A program made the position numbers and the translations under genes. From Calditrichia bacterium (GTDB taxonomy: Bacteria; Calditrichota; Calditrichia; JAJRVZ01): a stretch of 64,000 nucleotides of DNA. The notes beneath the pieces were generated by a model. It saw nothing but the letters and a program-made list of their open reading frames with translations. It was not told where the DNA came from and did no database searches. The stretch spans positions 96,001 to 160,000 of the forward strand of contig CAVZSQ010000015.1 in assembly GCA_963777955.1 (NCBI GenBank), given 5' to 3'. Below are positions 30,675-42,874 of this stretch, piece after piece. Position 1 is the stretch's first letter; each line of letters opens with the position of its first letter.

Positions 30675-31545
30675 AGGTACGGAAATTGCCAAACGTGTCC
30701 GGGAAGAAATAAAACAGCAGGTCGCAGAGCTACGACGAGGGCAGGACCTGGTGCCGGGTCTGGCCGTTGTACTGGTCGGAGATAATCCCGGTTCAAAAAT
30801 CTATGTGAATAATAAGAGCAAAGCCTGTCAGGAGGTAGGTATATTTACCGAAACCCTGCGCATCCCGGCTGACGTGCCTCAACCCGCTTTACTGGATACC
30901 ATTAAAAACCTGAATCAGGATCCGCGTTTTCATGGGATTCTGGTGCAGTTGCCGCTGCCTGCCCAGATCAAAGAACAGACCATTCTGGAAGCAGTCAATC
31001 CCGACAAAGATGTCGACTGTTTCCACCCGGTTAACGTGGGCAAACTGGTGATCGGCCGGCCGTATGTTGTACCATGTACCCCGGCGGGTATCCTGGAATT
31101 GTTAAGATCGTATGATATATCCACCCAGGGCAAACATGTGGTGGTGATAGGTCGCAGTAATATCGTAGGAAAACCGCTGGTGAATTTATTGCTGCAAAAA
31201 GCTTACCTGGGCCAATGCCACGGTCACCGTTGTACACAGCCGCACCCGAAATATTCCCGATCTTACCCGTCAGGCCGACATCTTGATTGCGGCCATGGGC
31301 CAACCGCGTTTTGTTACCGCTGATATGGTCAGGGACGGGGCCGTACTGATCGATGTGGGCACGAACCGTGTTCCGGCAGATAATGAAAAAGGTTATATCT
31401 TGTGCGGCGACGTGGATTTTGAAAATGTATTGCCCAGAGCATCAATGATTACTCCCGTACCGGGAGGCGTGGGCCCCATGACCATCGCCATGCTTCTACG
31501 TAATACCGTGACTGCGGCTAAATTCCAAAGTCAGACTTTCCTGAA
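30655..31545 (+). CDS. folD: Methylenetetrahydrofolate dehydrogenase/cyclohydrolase, frameshift near 31210; 3' end uncertain
   Basis: [56 protein letters not shown] in ORF 31283-31648. Confidence 0.95.
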
Positions 31546-31551
31546 TACGAT

Positions 31552-32326
31552 ATGTTCAATCTCGGGATTGCCAGCAGTATCGCCAGGAAATATGATTATT
31601 CCTGGGAATACACTGTCGATTTTTGTGCCCGCTATAAACTCAGCCTGATTCAATTCTACTGGCAAAACCCAATGCCACGGATTACAAAATTGGAAACCCT
31701 GAATATCCCGCTGCGCTATTTGCATCTGCCGGTCAAAGCAGATACGACGATAGGTTTCCCGGCAACTTTCGTCGAAGATCTGCACTGATTTTTCTGAATT
31801 TTATAAATCCAGAAACCTGATCCTGCATCATCAGGCAGAGCAGACCTGCGAAGAAGAAGAAGAGGGAGCAGAAGGAGGTGCTGATCAACTGATTCGTCAA
31901 CTTAATGATCTGCATTTCCGGCTGGGCCTGGAAAACGATTATAGTGAATCCTTGGCCGGTTTTCAATCCGGATTAGATATCTGCCGTCGTCACAATTTTC
32001 AGATCTTTGCGGTTTTTGATATCCATAAATTCTTTCACCGTTTTTACCGGACACATTCAGTCGAGCAGATAGTGCAGGCTTGCGCAGACATTCTGCTGTA
32101 CTGCCGGAAATTGAATTTGACCCTGCTTTTACATATAATTGATTCAAGATCGTTCGATGCCGGCCGGGATTCATGGTGCCCGGTTTTCGCAGGTGTAGTA
32201 CCATACCGGCGGATCTTTAAACTGCTAAAGGCGAGCCAGGTCTCCTGCGAGGGTATTATCCTGGAATATGAAGATGAACTTATGGCCGCAGAAAGTATTC
32301 GGCAGTTGCGCGAGATCAGCATTTGA
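31552..32326 (+). CDS. Putative sugar-phosphate isomerase/AP-endonuclease-2 type TIM-barrel protein, several frameshifts
   Basis: YLHLP, LILHHQ, GLEND, AVFDIHK, LHIIDS, GVVPY, IILEYE in successive frames. Confidence 0.5.
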
Positions 32327-32399
32327 AACCGGGCCGGTCATTTTTATGAAACATTTAAACGTTACAGCTGTAAAATAAAAGAAGAAGTCTGGAAGATCT

Positions 32400-32750
32400 A
32401 TGAGTTTTGATAATTCTACATTTGTTTACCTGCTGTTAATTATTCTGATTTCTCTGGCTTTGATTCAGATTTTTTCTTTCAGCAAATTAATTCAGACCAT
32501 GCGCCAGATCACTAAAATGTTGCTGGAAATACGACTGGTCTTTAAAAAGTCCGGAATTTATTACGATCAGCATGCGCAGCGGATCGTGGCCCATAAATCC
32601 TGCCAATTCTGCCGGCATAGAATTTCCTATATCAAAACCAATGATGAAGAGGAAAACGAAGGATTCTATTACCGCTGCCGGCACCGTAATGTGGAAATTA
32701 TGCTTCACGATTCCTGTGAATACTTCGACCGGGATTTTGGATCAGTCTAA
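32400..32750 (+). CDS. Hypothetical membrane-anchored protein with Cys4 zinc-finger-like C-terminus
   Basis: N-terminal TM; CQFC...YRC...SCEYF. Confidence 0.65.
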   Translation: MSFDNSTFVYLLLIILISLALIQIFSFSKLIQTMRQITKMLLEIRLVFKKSGIYYDQHAQRIVAHKSCQFCRHRISYIKTNDEEENEGFYYRCRHRNVEIMLHDSCEYFDRDFGSV

Positions 32751-32766
32751 AGATAACAATACTTGA

Positions 32767-33666
32767 ATGGAAAATAATCTATACCGGGAATACCTGCGAC
32801 CGGAAATCCTGAGCAAGATCAATAATCTGGAATTGCGTGCAAAACTGGTTGTGGAAGGTTTCATTACCGGTCTGCATCGCAGTCCTTTCCATGGTTTCAG
32901 CGTGGAATTTTCACAGCACCGCCCATATAACACGGGGGACAGTCTGCGCTTTATTGATTGGAAAGTTTTCGGCCGTACCGATCGTTTTTATATTAAACAG
33001 TACGAAGAAGAAACCAACCTTAAATCTTATATCCTGCTGGATTGCAGCCGGTCGATGACCTATGCGACCGCCGGAATCAGTAAATTGCAGTATGGCAAGT
33101 TTCTGGCCGCCGCTTTGACCTATCTGATGCTGCTGCAACGGGATGCCGTGGGCCTTATTACTTTCGATTCGCAGATAAAAAAATTGATACCGGCCAGGTC
33201 GACCTCCCCTTATCTGCAGGTATTGTTGAGCGAATTAGACAATGCCGCGCCGGGCAACGATACGGACATCGGAACGGTACTGCATATTATGGCAGAGCGC
33301 CTAAAACGAAAGGGATTGATGATCCTGATCTCCGATCTTTTTGATCTTCCGGAAAAAGTTATTTCCGGTTTACGCCATTTCCGGCACAATAAGCATGAGG
33401 TGCTGGTCTTTCAATTATTGGATCCGCATGAGCGGCAGTTAGACTTTAAAGGTGATATCCAGTTTGAAGATCTGGAAACAGGCGAAAAAATTACGACCCA
33501 ACCCTGGTATATAAAACATGCTTACCAACAGAAGGTGGAAGAGTTTATCAATCAGCTGAAATCCCAGTGCCGGAATAATAAGATTGATTACCAGTTGATT
33601 GAAACAAGTAATACACTGGATCTGGCCTTGATGGAGTACTTAATCAAGCGCAGGAAACTGATCTGA
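32767..33666 (+). CDS. DUF58 (vWA-like) protein
   Basis: GLHRSPFHGFSVEFSQHRPY, IDWK, YEEETN, LDCSRSM, ILISDL. Confidence 0.95.
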   Translation: MENNLYREYLRPEILSKINNLELRAKLVVEGFITGLHRSPFHGFSVEFSQHRPYNTGDSLRFIDWKVFGRTDRFYIKQYEEETNLKSYILLDCSRSMTYATAGISKLQYGKFLAAALTYLMLLQRDAVGLITFDSQIKKLIPARSTSPYLQVLLSELDNAAPGNDTDIGTVLHIMAERLKRKGLMILISDLFDLPEKVISGLRHFRHNKHEVLVFQLLDPHERQLDFKGDIQFEDLETGEKITTQPWYIKHAYQQKVEEFINQLKSQCRNNKIDYQLIETSNTLDLALMEYLIKRRKLI

Positions 33667-33674
33667 TACCCGGC

Positions 33675-33714
33675 AAAAAAAACGGCGCCGGGTTCAAAAT
33701 TATCCCGGCACCGT
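33675..33714 (-). terminator. Intrinsic terminator of pepD
   Basis: Minus strand ACGGTGCCGGG-loop-CCCGGCGCCGT followed by a T run. Confidence 0.7.
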
Positions 33715-33755
33715 ACAGCAGAATATCGCCGCAGCACCTGTTTCAGAATCGATGC

Positions 33756-35219
33756 TTACAGGCCTCTCGGCACTTTCAGTAATTCCAGCAGGTAGTTCCA
33801 GGTTTTTTCCACTGCCGGAATATGAACCCGTTCATCAGGGGAGTGCGCACCCATGATGGTCGGACCGAACGAGAGCATATCCATCCCCGGGTATTTTTCA
33901 CCGATGATTCCGCATTCCAGGCCGGCATGAATTGCTTTAACCTCGGGCTTTTTACCGCTGTAGATCTGTTCATAAGTCTGCACCGCTGATTTCAACAGTT
34001 GAGAATTCGGATTCGGCTGCCAGGCCGGATACCCGCCGCCCTGTTCTACGTCAAAGGTTGCCAGTTCGCCCAGTGCTTTGACCTTGTCGGCAATATCCAG
34101 TATGGCCGAAGCCACAGAACTGCGCTGGCTGGTGGTCAACTCAAGTTGTTTTTCCCTGGTTTGTACGATGGCCATGTTCGTGGAAGTCTCGACCAGTCCG
34201 GCAATGGCCTGGCTCATGGCAATAACTCCGTGCGGCATGGCATAGATCAGGTTGATCAGATTGCGTTGTAATTGCGGTGTGAAAACCGCTCTGATCTTTT
34301 CGGCCGGTTCTAATTTTACATATACACCGGCATCGATAAATTGCAGTTCGTTTTTAAGAACAGCGGACATTTCTTTGACGTAGTTCTGCAAAATCCGGAC
34401 TTTATTGGCCGGGACACAGATCAAACCTTCGGCATCGCGGGGAATAGCATTGTGTTTACTTCCGCCATTTATGGCTGCCAGGGCAAAATCCAGTTTATTA
34501 CTCAACTCGTACAAAACGCGGCTGAGCAGTTTGATTGAATTGCCCAGGCCCTGATGAATATTCAGACCCGAATGACCGCCGCTTAATCCGCCCACTATTA
34601 CTTTATATGATTTCCAGCCGTTCTTCGGCTTTTTCCAGTTCACTTTTTTACGCAGAATTGTATGTTTGCCACCGGCACAACCGATATAAAATGCACCTTC
34701 TTCTTCTGAATCCAGATTTAACAGCAGACGGCTTTTTACAAAATCCGATTTCAAAGCTACAGCGCCGGTTAAACCGGTTTCCTCATCAACGGTAAACAGG
34801 AATTCCATAGGCGGATGGACCAGGGATTTATCTTCCATGACTGCCAGGGCATAGGCCACCCCGATACCATTATCTGCACCGAGGGTTGTGCCGTTGGCTT
34901 TAATCCATTCACCATCCCGCAGCAGGTCGATGGGATCTTTGCTGAAATCATGAGCGCTGTCTTTATTTTTTTCACCTACCATATCGGTGTGTCCCTGCAA
35001 TACTACGGACGGGCGTTGTTCCATCCCGGCGCTGGCAGGTTTGGATACGATAATATTGCCGCATTTATCTTTTTTACAGGGCAGGTTATTTCTGGCGGCC
35101 ACAGACATGATATATTTACCAACCGCTTCCTCATTGCCGGAGCAACGCGGAATCTGGCTGAGTTGGTAGAAATGTTCCCAAACCAGAGCGGGTTTAAGAT
35201 CGGCAATTGCTGCTTTCAA
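33756..35219 (-). CDS. pepD: Aminoacyl-histidine dipeptidase (M20C)
   Basis: LQGHTDMV, TLGADNGIG, DEETG, NLDSEE, IHAGLECG, HSPDE. Confidence 0.96.
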   Translation of the reverse strand: MKAAIADLKPALVWEHFYQLSQIPRCSGNEEAVGKYIMSVAARNNLPCKKDKCGNIIVSKPASAGMEQRPSVVLQGHTDMVGEKNKDSAHDFSKDPIDLLRDGEWIKANGTTLGADNGIGVAYALAVMEDKSLVHPPMEFLFTVDEETGLTGAVALKSDFVKSRLLLNLDSEEEGAFYIGCAGGKHTILRKKVNWKKPKNGWKSYKVIVGGLSGGHSGLNIHQGLGNSIKLLSRVLYELSNKLDFALAAINGGSKHNAIPRDAEGLICVPANKVRILQNYVKEMSAVLKNELQFIDAGVYVKLEPAEKIRAVFTPQLQRNLINLIYAMPHGVIAMSQAIAGLVETSTNMAIVQTREKQLELTTSQRSSVASAILDIADKVKALGELATFDVEQGGGYPAWQPNPNSQLLKSAVQTYEQIYSGKKPEVKAIHAGLECGIIGEKYPGMDMLSFGPTIMGAHSPDERVHIPAVEKTWNYLLELLKVPRGL

Positions 35220-35245
35220 ACTGAACTCCTTTCTGTACTCTATTT

Positions 35246-37274
35246 TTAGGACATGGCTTGCGGCGGCGCCGGTTGATCGGGACTACCGGCATTGTTCAGC
35301 GGAATGCGCACCAGGATCCAACCGATGATCAGGAAAACCAGTAAGGTTGGTGTAAACTGCAGCATCGATTCTGTTTGCTGGAATACTGCTGGTATTTCCC
35401 AATTCATCACCGCAAAAAAGGCGAATAATAGTCCAATTAACGCCTCGCCGGCAATAAGTCCGGCTGATATTAGAATTCCTGTGTTTTCTACCCGTATTTT
35501 TTGAGCCGTATTAAATTTTCTCCGTTCCGTGAAGAAATCGACTATACCGCGAATGATGCCACCGATAAATATAGCGAATGATGTTTCCAGGGGCAGATAC
35601 ATGCCCACACACACCAGCATCGGACTTTTCACCCGTAACAGAATAAAACCAACTGCCATCAGTATACCGACGATAATCAACGGCCAGGCCATATCGCCGC
35701 CTACAATACCCTCGGCCAGGACAGCCATCAAACTGGCCTGGGGTGCCGGATATTTTTCACCACCCAGCCCGGTACCGCCCTGATTAATATCGCCCTGGTG
35801 CAGGATCAGCAGGGGAAAGAACATTACTGCCGATGCCAGTAATACTCCAATCAGATTTCCGGTCTGCATCTTCCACGGTGTACCGCCTAAAATATGGCCA
35901 ACTTTCAGATCCTGCAACATTTCTCCGGCAACTGCAGCGGACACACAAATTACCGCCGCAACACCAAGCACCGCGGCCACACCGGGCAATCCGGTGACGC
36001 CCAGAGTTACCATCAGGATAGCAGCCACAATCAAGGTGGAGAGGGTTAATCCGGAAATCGGATTATTGCTTGAACCTATCAAACCGACCAGATAGCCGGA
36101 AACAGCTGCAAAAAAGAAACCGGCAATGATCATAACGATTGTGGCGGCCAGAGCGCCGACCATCAGTGCCTGCGAAATAATAATAAATGAAAAAAGTGGC
36201 GATGGAAGCCAGACCTATACCGATAAAAACCCATTTAAAATTCATATCTTTTTGTGTGCGCACTTCCTGCTTGCTGGTCCCGCTGGCCGCAGCACGAACA
36301 TCTTTAACAGCCCGGCCCAGTCCGGCTGATAAACTTTTACGCATGCGGAACAGGGTATAGGCTGCGCTCATTAACATGCCGCCAATGGCAATAGGCCGGA
36401 CAATATTTCGCCAGACGCTGACTGCCATATTGATCCCATCCTCGCTGGCTATCTCACTGCCAAGCAGTTGCGGTCCAAGAAAATAAAGTAACAGCGGCAC
36501 GAACAAACCCCAGGCCAGCAAGCCACCGGTAAAGTTCAAGGCGGCCAATTGCGGCCCGATGATATATCCGACCCCCATATATGCCGGACTGACACCCGGT
36601 GTACTGATCAGCGCACCGCCGCCTGTCTGGGCGGAAGCGGAACCGATACCAAGTGTTTTTTTACCGAATGAGATAAAGGCTTCTCCTTTGCTGGCGAATA
36701 CCTTGAATTCTTTAAGAAATTGAGTTAAAGCACCCAGGCCCATTGCTCCAAATAGAAATTTGGCGCCACTGCCGCTGGATTGACCCGCTTTGTGAATTTC
36801 TGCAGCGGCAACAGATTCCGGAAAGGGCAGTTCTGTGTCTTCCACCATTACCCGCCGCAGGATCGTAACGAACAGGATTCCGATTACCGCGCCGACGAAC
36901 ATGATCGCTGTGGCCTGCAGGTAATGCGATACCGACCAGAAGTCACCTTCCCAGACTTTCCGGCCGGCAACTTCGGCAATTATAAAAGCCGGGATAGTAA
37001 AAATGGCCCCGGCAGCAACCGATTCACCGATCGAACCCACCGTTCTGGCAATATTCTCTTCCAGAATATTTCCGCGCATCAGCCTTAAAACAGCCATACC
37101 GATCACGGCAGCAGGATAGGTTGCCGCGATCGTCATCCCTGCTTTAAGGCCCAGGTAAGCATTAGCAGCTCCCAGAATAACTGTCATAAATAATCCAAGT
37201 ATCACAGCCTTGAGTGTAAATTCTTTTAAATTTGTTTCTGGGGGTACATACGATTTAAAGTCATTTTTAGCCAT
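35246..37274 (-). CDS. OPT-family oligopeptide transporter, one frameshift near 36165
   Basis: ANAYLGLKAG, ESVAAGAIFTIPA, LPFPES, GSSNNPISG, LQDLKVG, PAPQA, SGLIAGE. Confidence 0.95.
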
Positions 37275-37545
37275 TTGGACTCCTCGCTATATTATTTTGA
37301 CAGGCCCCGATAATTCACTCTAAAAGAAGAGAAAAACTAATTTTTCGCTCCGTAAAAGTCAAGCCTTAATTCTGCATTCTTTCTCCGGTTTTTAAAAATA
37401 ATCATATTTAAACCTGATTTTGGCGTTTTTTAACATAAAATAGCCGGTTTTTCGGTTTTTCCGGGCCGGAATGGGGTCTAAATAGATTTGCAATAAACAT
37501 GAATATTTATTAAGTTTAAACCTGTTTTTATTTATTTAAAACTGC

Positions 37546-38272
37546 ATGAGATTTCGCCTGGGCATAGAATATGAAGGTACGGAGTACTGTGGATGGCAGT
37601 TTCAGGCAGGACAACGTACTATCCAGGGTGAAATTGAACGGGCATTACTGATTGCTTTGAAGGAGAAAGTATCTGTAACCGGTGCAGGCAGAACAGATAG
37701 CGGTGTGCATGCGCGGGGACAGATTGCTCATTTTGATTCCCTGCGGGAATTTGAATGCGGGATAATGGAAAGATCGCTCAACGGCATTTTACCCCGCGAT
37801 ATTCGGATTACCGAAGTTACACCCGTGGATAACACTTTTCATGCCCGTTACAGTGCCCGGCAGAGAGAATATTGTTATTACATTACCAGGAAACCAAGCG
37901 CCCTGTTGCGTGGATTCAGTTGGTTTATTTCCATTCCGCTTGATGTTAAGGTAATGCAACTCGCGGCACAGGAAATACTGGGAATTAAAAATTTTAAAAG
38001 TTTCAGCCGCACGGATACCGAGGTAAAAAATTTTAATTGTAATGTCAGTAATGCTGACTGGCTGGAACAAGAATAGTCTGTTACTGTTTAAAATCAAAGC
38101 TGATCGTTTTTTATATGGAATGGTAAGGGCTCTGGTCGGTACTCTGGTCGATATCGGTAAAGGCAAGCGCGGCCGCTCGGATTTGTCCAGAATATTGAAT
38201 GCTGAAAACCGGCAGATGGCCGGTCAGGCTGCTCCGGCCAGAGGTTTAATTCTGGAAAAAGTATATTATTAG
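37546..38272 (+). CDS. truA: tRNA pseudouridine(38-40) synthase, frameshift near 38070
   Basis: YEGTEYCGWQ, GAGRTDSGVHA, FHARYSA, RFLYGMVR, APARGL. Confidence 0.95.
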
Positions 38273-38301
38273 TATAGAAAAAAAATATAAGGAGTCGGAA
38301 A

Positions 38302-38949
38302 ATGAAATTTTTCATCGATACCGCTAATCTGGATGAAATTCGTCAGGCTGCATCGATTGGTATTCTGGATGGGGTAACCACGAATCCCACCTTGCTGTCC
38401 AGAGAAAAAGGGGATCCGGAAGAGATCCTGCGTAAGATCTGTGAACTGGTCAATGGCCCGATCAGCGCCGAGGTAGTTTCGCTTGATGCCGAGGGTATGG
38501 TGCGCGAGGGCAGAAAGTTGGCGAAGTTGCATAAAAATATCGTGGTTAAAATCCCGATGTGCGCCGAAGGCTTAAAAGCGGTGAAAATCCTGACTGCAGA
38601 AAAAATCCGCGTCAATGTGACCCTGATATTCACGCCGGTCCAGGCGCTGCTTGCTGCCAGAGCCGGTGCAGCATATGTCAGTCCCTTTGTAGGCCGTCTG
38701 GATGATATCGGTGCGGCCGGAATGGATATCATATCGCAGATTGCCCAGATCTTCGGAAACTATGATATCAAAACCGAAATTATCGTGGCCAGTATCCGCA
38801 ATCCTGTACACGTCCTGGATTCAGCACTGTTAGGTGCAGACATTGCCACGATTCCCTTCAAGGTAATTGAACAATTGACCAAACATCCCTTGACCGACAA
38901 GGGTATAGAAAACTTTTTGAAAGACTGGGAAAAAGTAAAGAACCGTTAA
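38302..38949 (+). CDS. fsa: Transaldolase/fructose-6-phosphate aldolase (short type)
   Basis: [35 protein letters not shown]. Confidence 0.95.
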   Translation: MKFFIDTANLDEIRQAASIGILDGVTTNPTLLSREKGDPEEILRKICELVNGPISAEVVSLDAEGMVREGRKLAKLHKNIVVKIPMCAEGLKAVKILTAEKIRVNVTLIFTPVQALLAARAGAAYVSPFVGRLDDIGAAGMDIISQIAQIFGNYDIKTEIIVASIRNPVHVLDSALLGADIATIPFKVIEQLTKHPLTDKGIENFLKDWEKVKNR

Positions 38950-38973
38950 ACGCAATAAAGTACAGGAATGTAA

Positions 38974-40194
38974 TTGATGCGTACTTTAATAAAAACCATA
39001 CTTTTAATCGTTTTTGGATTTTGTGCCGGGGCAATATTTTATTCATTGTATAAACATCAGGATTCCTTATCCATGCCATCGGTCGATTCCCTGTTGGCCA
39101 GTAAGGCAGTAGCAGCTGGCCAGAACCTCTCCGCGGCCAACCAGCAAATCGCCGCGTCCAGGATGAACAGCATTACTCAGGCCGTGGATTTAGTGAGTCC
39201 GGCCGTGATCAGCGTGAATGTGCTGCAACTGCGCCAGATCGTACAGCGCAGCCCGTTCTCTTCACGGGATCCATTTTTAAGAGAGTTTTTCCCTGAACTT
39301 TTTAAGGACAGGAGATACCAGCAGGAAATTCAGGAAATTGGTTCCGGTTTTCTTATCTCTGCGGATGGATTTATTCTGACCAACCATCATGTGGTGCAGG
39401 ATGCCAATCAAATCGTGATCACCATGCCCGGCGGCAAGAAGGCTGATGCACGCATAATCGGCACCGATCCGACTACCGATATAGCCTTATTAAAAATTGA
39501 TCTGGAAAATTTACCTTATGCCCGTTTCGGGAATTCGGATCAGGTTATTCTGGGCGAGTGGGTTATTGCCATCGGTAATCCTTTCGGATTGTTTGAGATC
39601 AACAACCGCAATACCGTGACGGTCGGTGTGGTCAGCGCAGTTGACCGCGACTTTGGCGAAATGGAAGGTCGGATTTATCAGGATATGATCCAGACCGATG
39701 CCTCCATCAATCGGGGCAACAGCGGCGGACCGTTGTGCAATGCCCTGGGGGAGGTGATCGGCATGAATACTTTTATTTATACCGGAAGCCAGTACAGTGA
39801 AGGATCGGTCGGTATAGGTTTTGCCATTCCGATTAACCGGATTTCCCGCCTGCTCGATGACCTGAAAAAATATCATAAAATAGATCGTGATTTCTGGGTC
39901 GGTATAAAAATCCAGAATCTGGATAACGTTATCGCCAAAAAAATGGGTTTCAACGGCACCGATGGCGTACTGGTCCATTATATCGACCGCGGCAGCCCGG
40001 CGGAAAAAGCGGGTATGAAACTGGGCGATATTATTACCGAGATAAATGGTCTTAAAATAACCAGTGATAAGGATGTTTTCGAGATCGTTTATGGCACTGA
40101 TCTGCGGGTGGGGGATCAACTGCCCTTCACGATCTGGCGGGATGGCGAACAGGTTAAATTAAATTTAGTACTGGTAAGTTTAAAGAATAATTAA
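38974..40194 (+). CDS. HtrA/DegP-family serine protease with a single PDZ domain
   Basis: TNHHV, TDIAL, IQTDASINRGNSGG, GSPAEKAG. Confidence 0.95.
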   Translation: MMRTLIKTILLIVFGFCAGAIFYSLYKHQDSLSMPSVDSLLASKAVAAGQNLSAANQQIAASRMNSITQAVDLVSPAVISVNVLQLRQIVQRSPFSSRDPFLREFFPELFKDRRYQQEIQEIGSGFLISADGFILTNHHVVQDANQIVITMPGGKKADARIIGTDPTTDIALLKIDLENLPYARFGNSDQVILGEWVIAIGNPFGLFEINNRNTVTVGVVSAVDRDFGEMEGRIYQDMIQTDASINRGNSGGPLCNALGEVIGMNTFIYTGSQYSEGSVGIGFAIPINRISRLLDDLKKYHKIDRDFWVGIKIQNLDNVIAKKMGFNGTDGVLVHYIDRGSPAEKAGMKLGDIITEINGLKITSDKDVFEIVYGTDLRVGDQLPFTIWRDGEQVKLNLVLVSLKNN

Positions 40195-40195
40195 A

Positions 40196-41495
40196 ATGAT
40201 CGATCGTTATACCTTACCCGAGATGGGCCGGATTTGGAGTGATGAAAACCGGTTCACGATCTGGTTAAAAATTGAATTACTGGCCTGTGAAATACACCAG
40301 CAGGCTCGGTTTAATTCCCGCAGCTGCCTTAAAGCAGATTAAAAAACAGGCCCGCTTTGAGGTGGCCAGAATACTGGAGATCGAAGAGGAAGTCAAGCAT
40401 GATGTGATTGCCTTTTTGACCAATGTCGCCGAATATGTCGGCGACGAATCCCGCTACATACATTATGGTCTGACCTCTTCCGATGTTCTGGATACTGCCC
40501 TGGCCGTGCAGATGGTTGAAGCCGGGGAATTGATCAAAAAATCATTGCAGTCGCTGATTGCAGTGGTCAGGCGGCGGGCTTTGGAAACAAAGCACCTGCC
40601 GATGATCGGCCGGTCTCATGGAGTACATGCTGAACCGATCACCCTTGGTTTTAAATTGGCGATCTGGTATGATGAACTGAATCGTCAACTGCTGCGCCTG
40701 GAGCAGGCCATCGAATCGATCAGGGTTGGAAAGATCTCCGGTGCAGTCGGGACCTATGAACACATCGATCCGCGCGTGCAGGATTATGTTTGTGAAAAAC
40801 TGGGTTTAAAATCCGCCAAGATCTCAACCCAGATCCTGCAACGTGATCGCCATGCGCAGTATATGACCACCCTGGCCCTGATCGGCTGCAGTCTGGAAAA
40901 GTTCACGGTGGAAATACGGCATTTACAGCGTACCGAGGTGCTGGAAGCGGCTGAATACTTCGGCAAGCAGCAAAAAGGTTCATCGGCCATGCCGCACAAA
41001 CGTAATCCGATAATTTCCGAGAGGATCAGCGGACTGGCCCGCCTGTTGCGTGGAAATTCCCTGGCAGCTATGGAAAATGTGGCGTTGTGGCATGAACGTG
41101 ATATTTCGCATTCATCGGTGGAACGGGTAATCCTGCCGGATTCCACCATCACACTCCACTATATGCTGGAAAAAACCGTCAAACTGATCGATACTCTGGA
41201 AATCTATCCGGACAAAATGCTGGAAAATCTGAACCTGACTAAAGGTTTGATTTTTTCTCAGGCTATCCTGCTGGCCCTGACCAGAAAAGGGGTCAGCCGT
41301 GAAAGCGGATACCGGCTGGTTCAGCGTAATGCCATGCGCGTCTGGGGGGAGAAGATCGCATTTAAAACTGCCTTACTGCAGGATGATGAGGTCAGGCAAT
41401 ATCTCGCTGAGACAGAAATCGAACAGATTTTCGGTATGGAAAATAGACGGGAGAAAATAGATTATATTTTTAAGAAAGTCGGATTAGAACCGTAG
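40196..41495 (+). CDS. purB: Adenylosuccinate lyase, frameshift near 40300
   Basis: MIDRYTLPEM read from 40196; HDVIAF, TSSD, GRSHG, SSAMPHKRNP. Confidence 0.97.
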
Positions 41496-41509
41496 TGTTA
41501 AGGAGGCGT

Positions 41510-42225
41510 ATGGCCAGTAAAAAAATTCTCTGGGACAATGGAATTAAAAAAGTGTATGAAACTAACAATGAGGATCAACTTCTGTTAGAATTCACGGATA
41601 ATTTTATCACCGCCGACGGTGAGAAAAAAGGTAAAATCAAAGGTAAAAGCCGATACAATACCAATCTGTCATCGCGCTTATACGAATACCTGGAGAGTTA
41701 TCATGTGATGACCTGGTTTATTTCCAAAGAAAGCGAAGATGAACTGCTGGTTAAAAGATCTGAAATTCTGCCGGTTGATGTCGTGATTACCAATATAGCC
41801 AGCGGCAGCATCTGTCGCCGTTTTGGCCTGGAGGATGCCACAGAATTTGAAGCGCCCATGATCGAGTATTATTATGTTAATGACAAAATAAAAAATCCGC
41901 TGATAAATGATACGCACCTGCTGGCGCTGAAATTGGCCTCGGCCGAAGAGGTACGCTCCATTGTCCGTATTCTGCCGAAAATAAATGCCCTGTTAAAATC
42001 ATTTTTTGAACGCCGGAAATTGAGACTGGTAGAATTGCGCTGCAAATTCGGCAGATATAAAGGGCATATGGTACTGGCCAGTGATCTGACCCTGGAATTT
42101 TTTAAAGTCTGGGATGCCGAAACCAATGATAAGTATGATGTGGAACGATTTGCGGCTAATCTGACCTAAAATCGAAGAGATTTATCAAACCATTCAAAAC
42201 CGGGCTATGGGTGAGGTCGAATAAA
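41510..42225 (+). CDS. purC: PurC (SAICAR synthetase)-like protein with degenerate catalytic motifs; tail probably frameshifted
   Basis: Collinear with PurC (KKVY, GEKKGKIKGK, NIASGS..RR, INALLKSFF, WD), follows purB. Confidence 0.7.
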
Positions 42226-42227
42226 CA

Positions 42228-42872
42228 ATGTTTGCCCCGGATGGATATAAAATTATTGTAATCGTGGCAGCAGCATTTCTTTTTTTAGTCTTGCTGGCCT
42301 GTCTCTTTCCTCTGCTGATATTCAAGATACTGGCCGTGCTGGCCGGAATTATTACTCTTTTTAATTTCTATTTCTTCAGGGATCCTGAGCGTCAAATCCC
42401 CAGCGCTGAAAATTTAATCCTTTCTCCCGCCGACGGCACTGTAATAAAAATCGAACAGATTTACGAACCATATTATCTTCGTGATACCGTGACCTGTGTC
42501 AGTATCTTCATGTCGGTGCTGAGTGTTCACGTCAACCGGATTCCTGTTTCGGGGACCGTGGATTTCATTAAATATATTGAAGGCAAATTCCGCGTGGCCT
42601 ATGTAGATAAAGCCTCCGAAGAGAATGAACAGAGTATTATCGGTATCCGAGGTCCCGCACAAAAGGTTTTATTCAAACAGATTGCTGGAATCGTGGCCAG
42701 GCGGATTGTTTTTCATCTGCAGGCAGGTCAACAGGTCCGGGCGGGTGACCGTTTTGGCTTAATCCGTTACGGTTCCAGAGTAGATATATTTTTCAGTCCC
42801 AAGGTGCAGATAAAAGTGAAGCCCGGTGATAAAGTTTTTGGTGGCACAACGATAATTGGAGAGTTTAACTGA
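42228..42872 (+). CDS. psd: Phosphatidylserine decarboxylase (short type)
   Basis: FFRDPER, SPADG, IFMS..VHVNR, NEQ, QIAG..ARRI, YGSRVD cleavage motif. Confidence 0.95.
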   Translation: MFAPDGYKIIVIVAAAFLFLVLLACLFPLLIFKILAVLAGIITLFNFYFFRDPERQIPSAENLILSPADGTVIKIEQIYEPYYLRDTVTCVSIFMSVLSVHVNRIPVSGTVDFIKYIEGKFRVAYVDKASEENEQSIIGIRGPAQKVLFKQIAGIVARRIVFHLQAGQQVRAGDRFGLIRYGSRVDIFFSPKVQIKVKPGDKVFGGTTIIGEFN

Positions 42873-42874
42873 AT

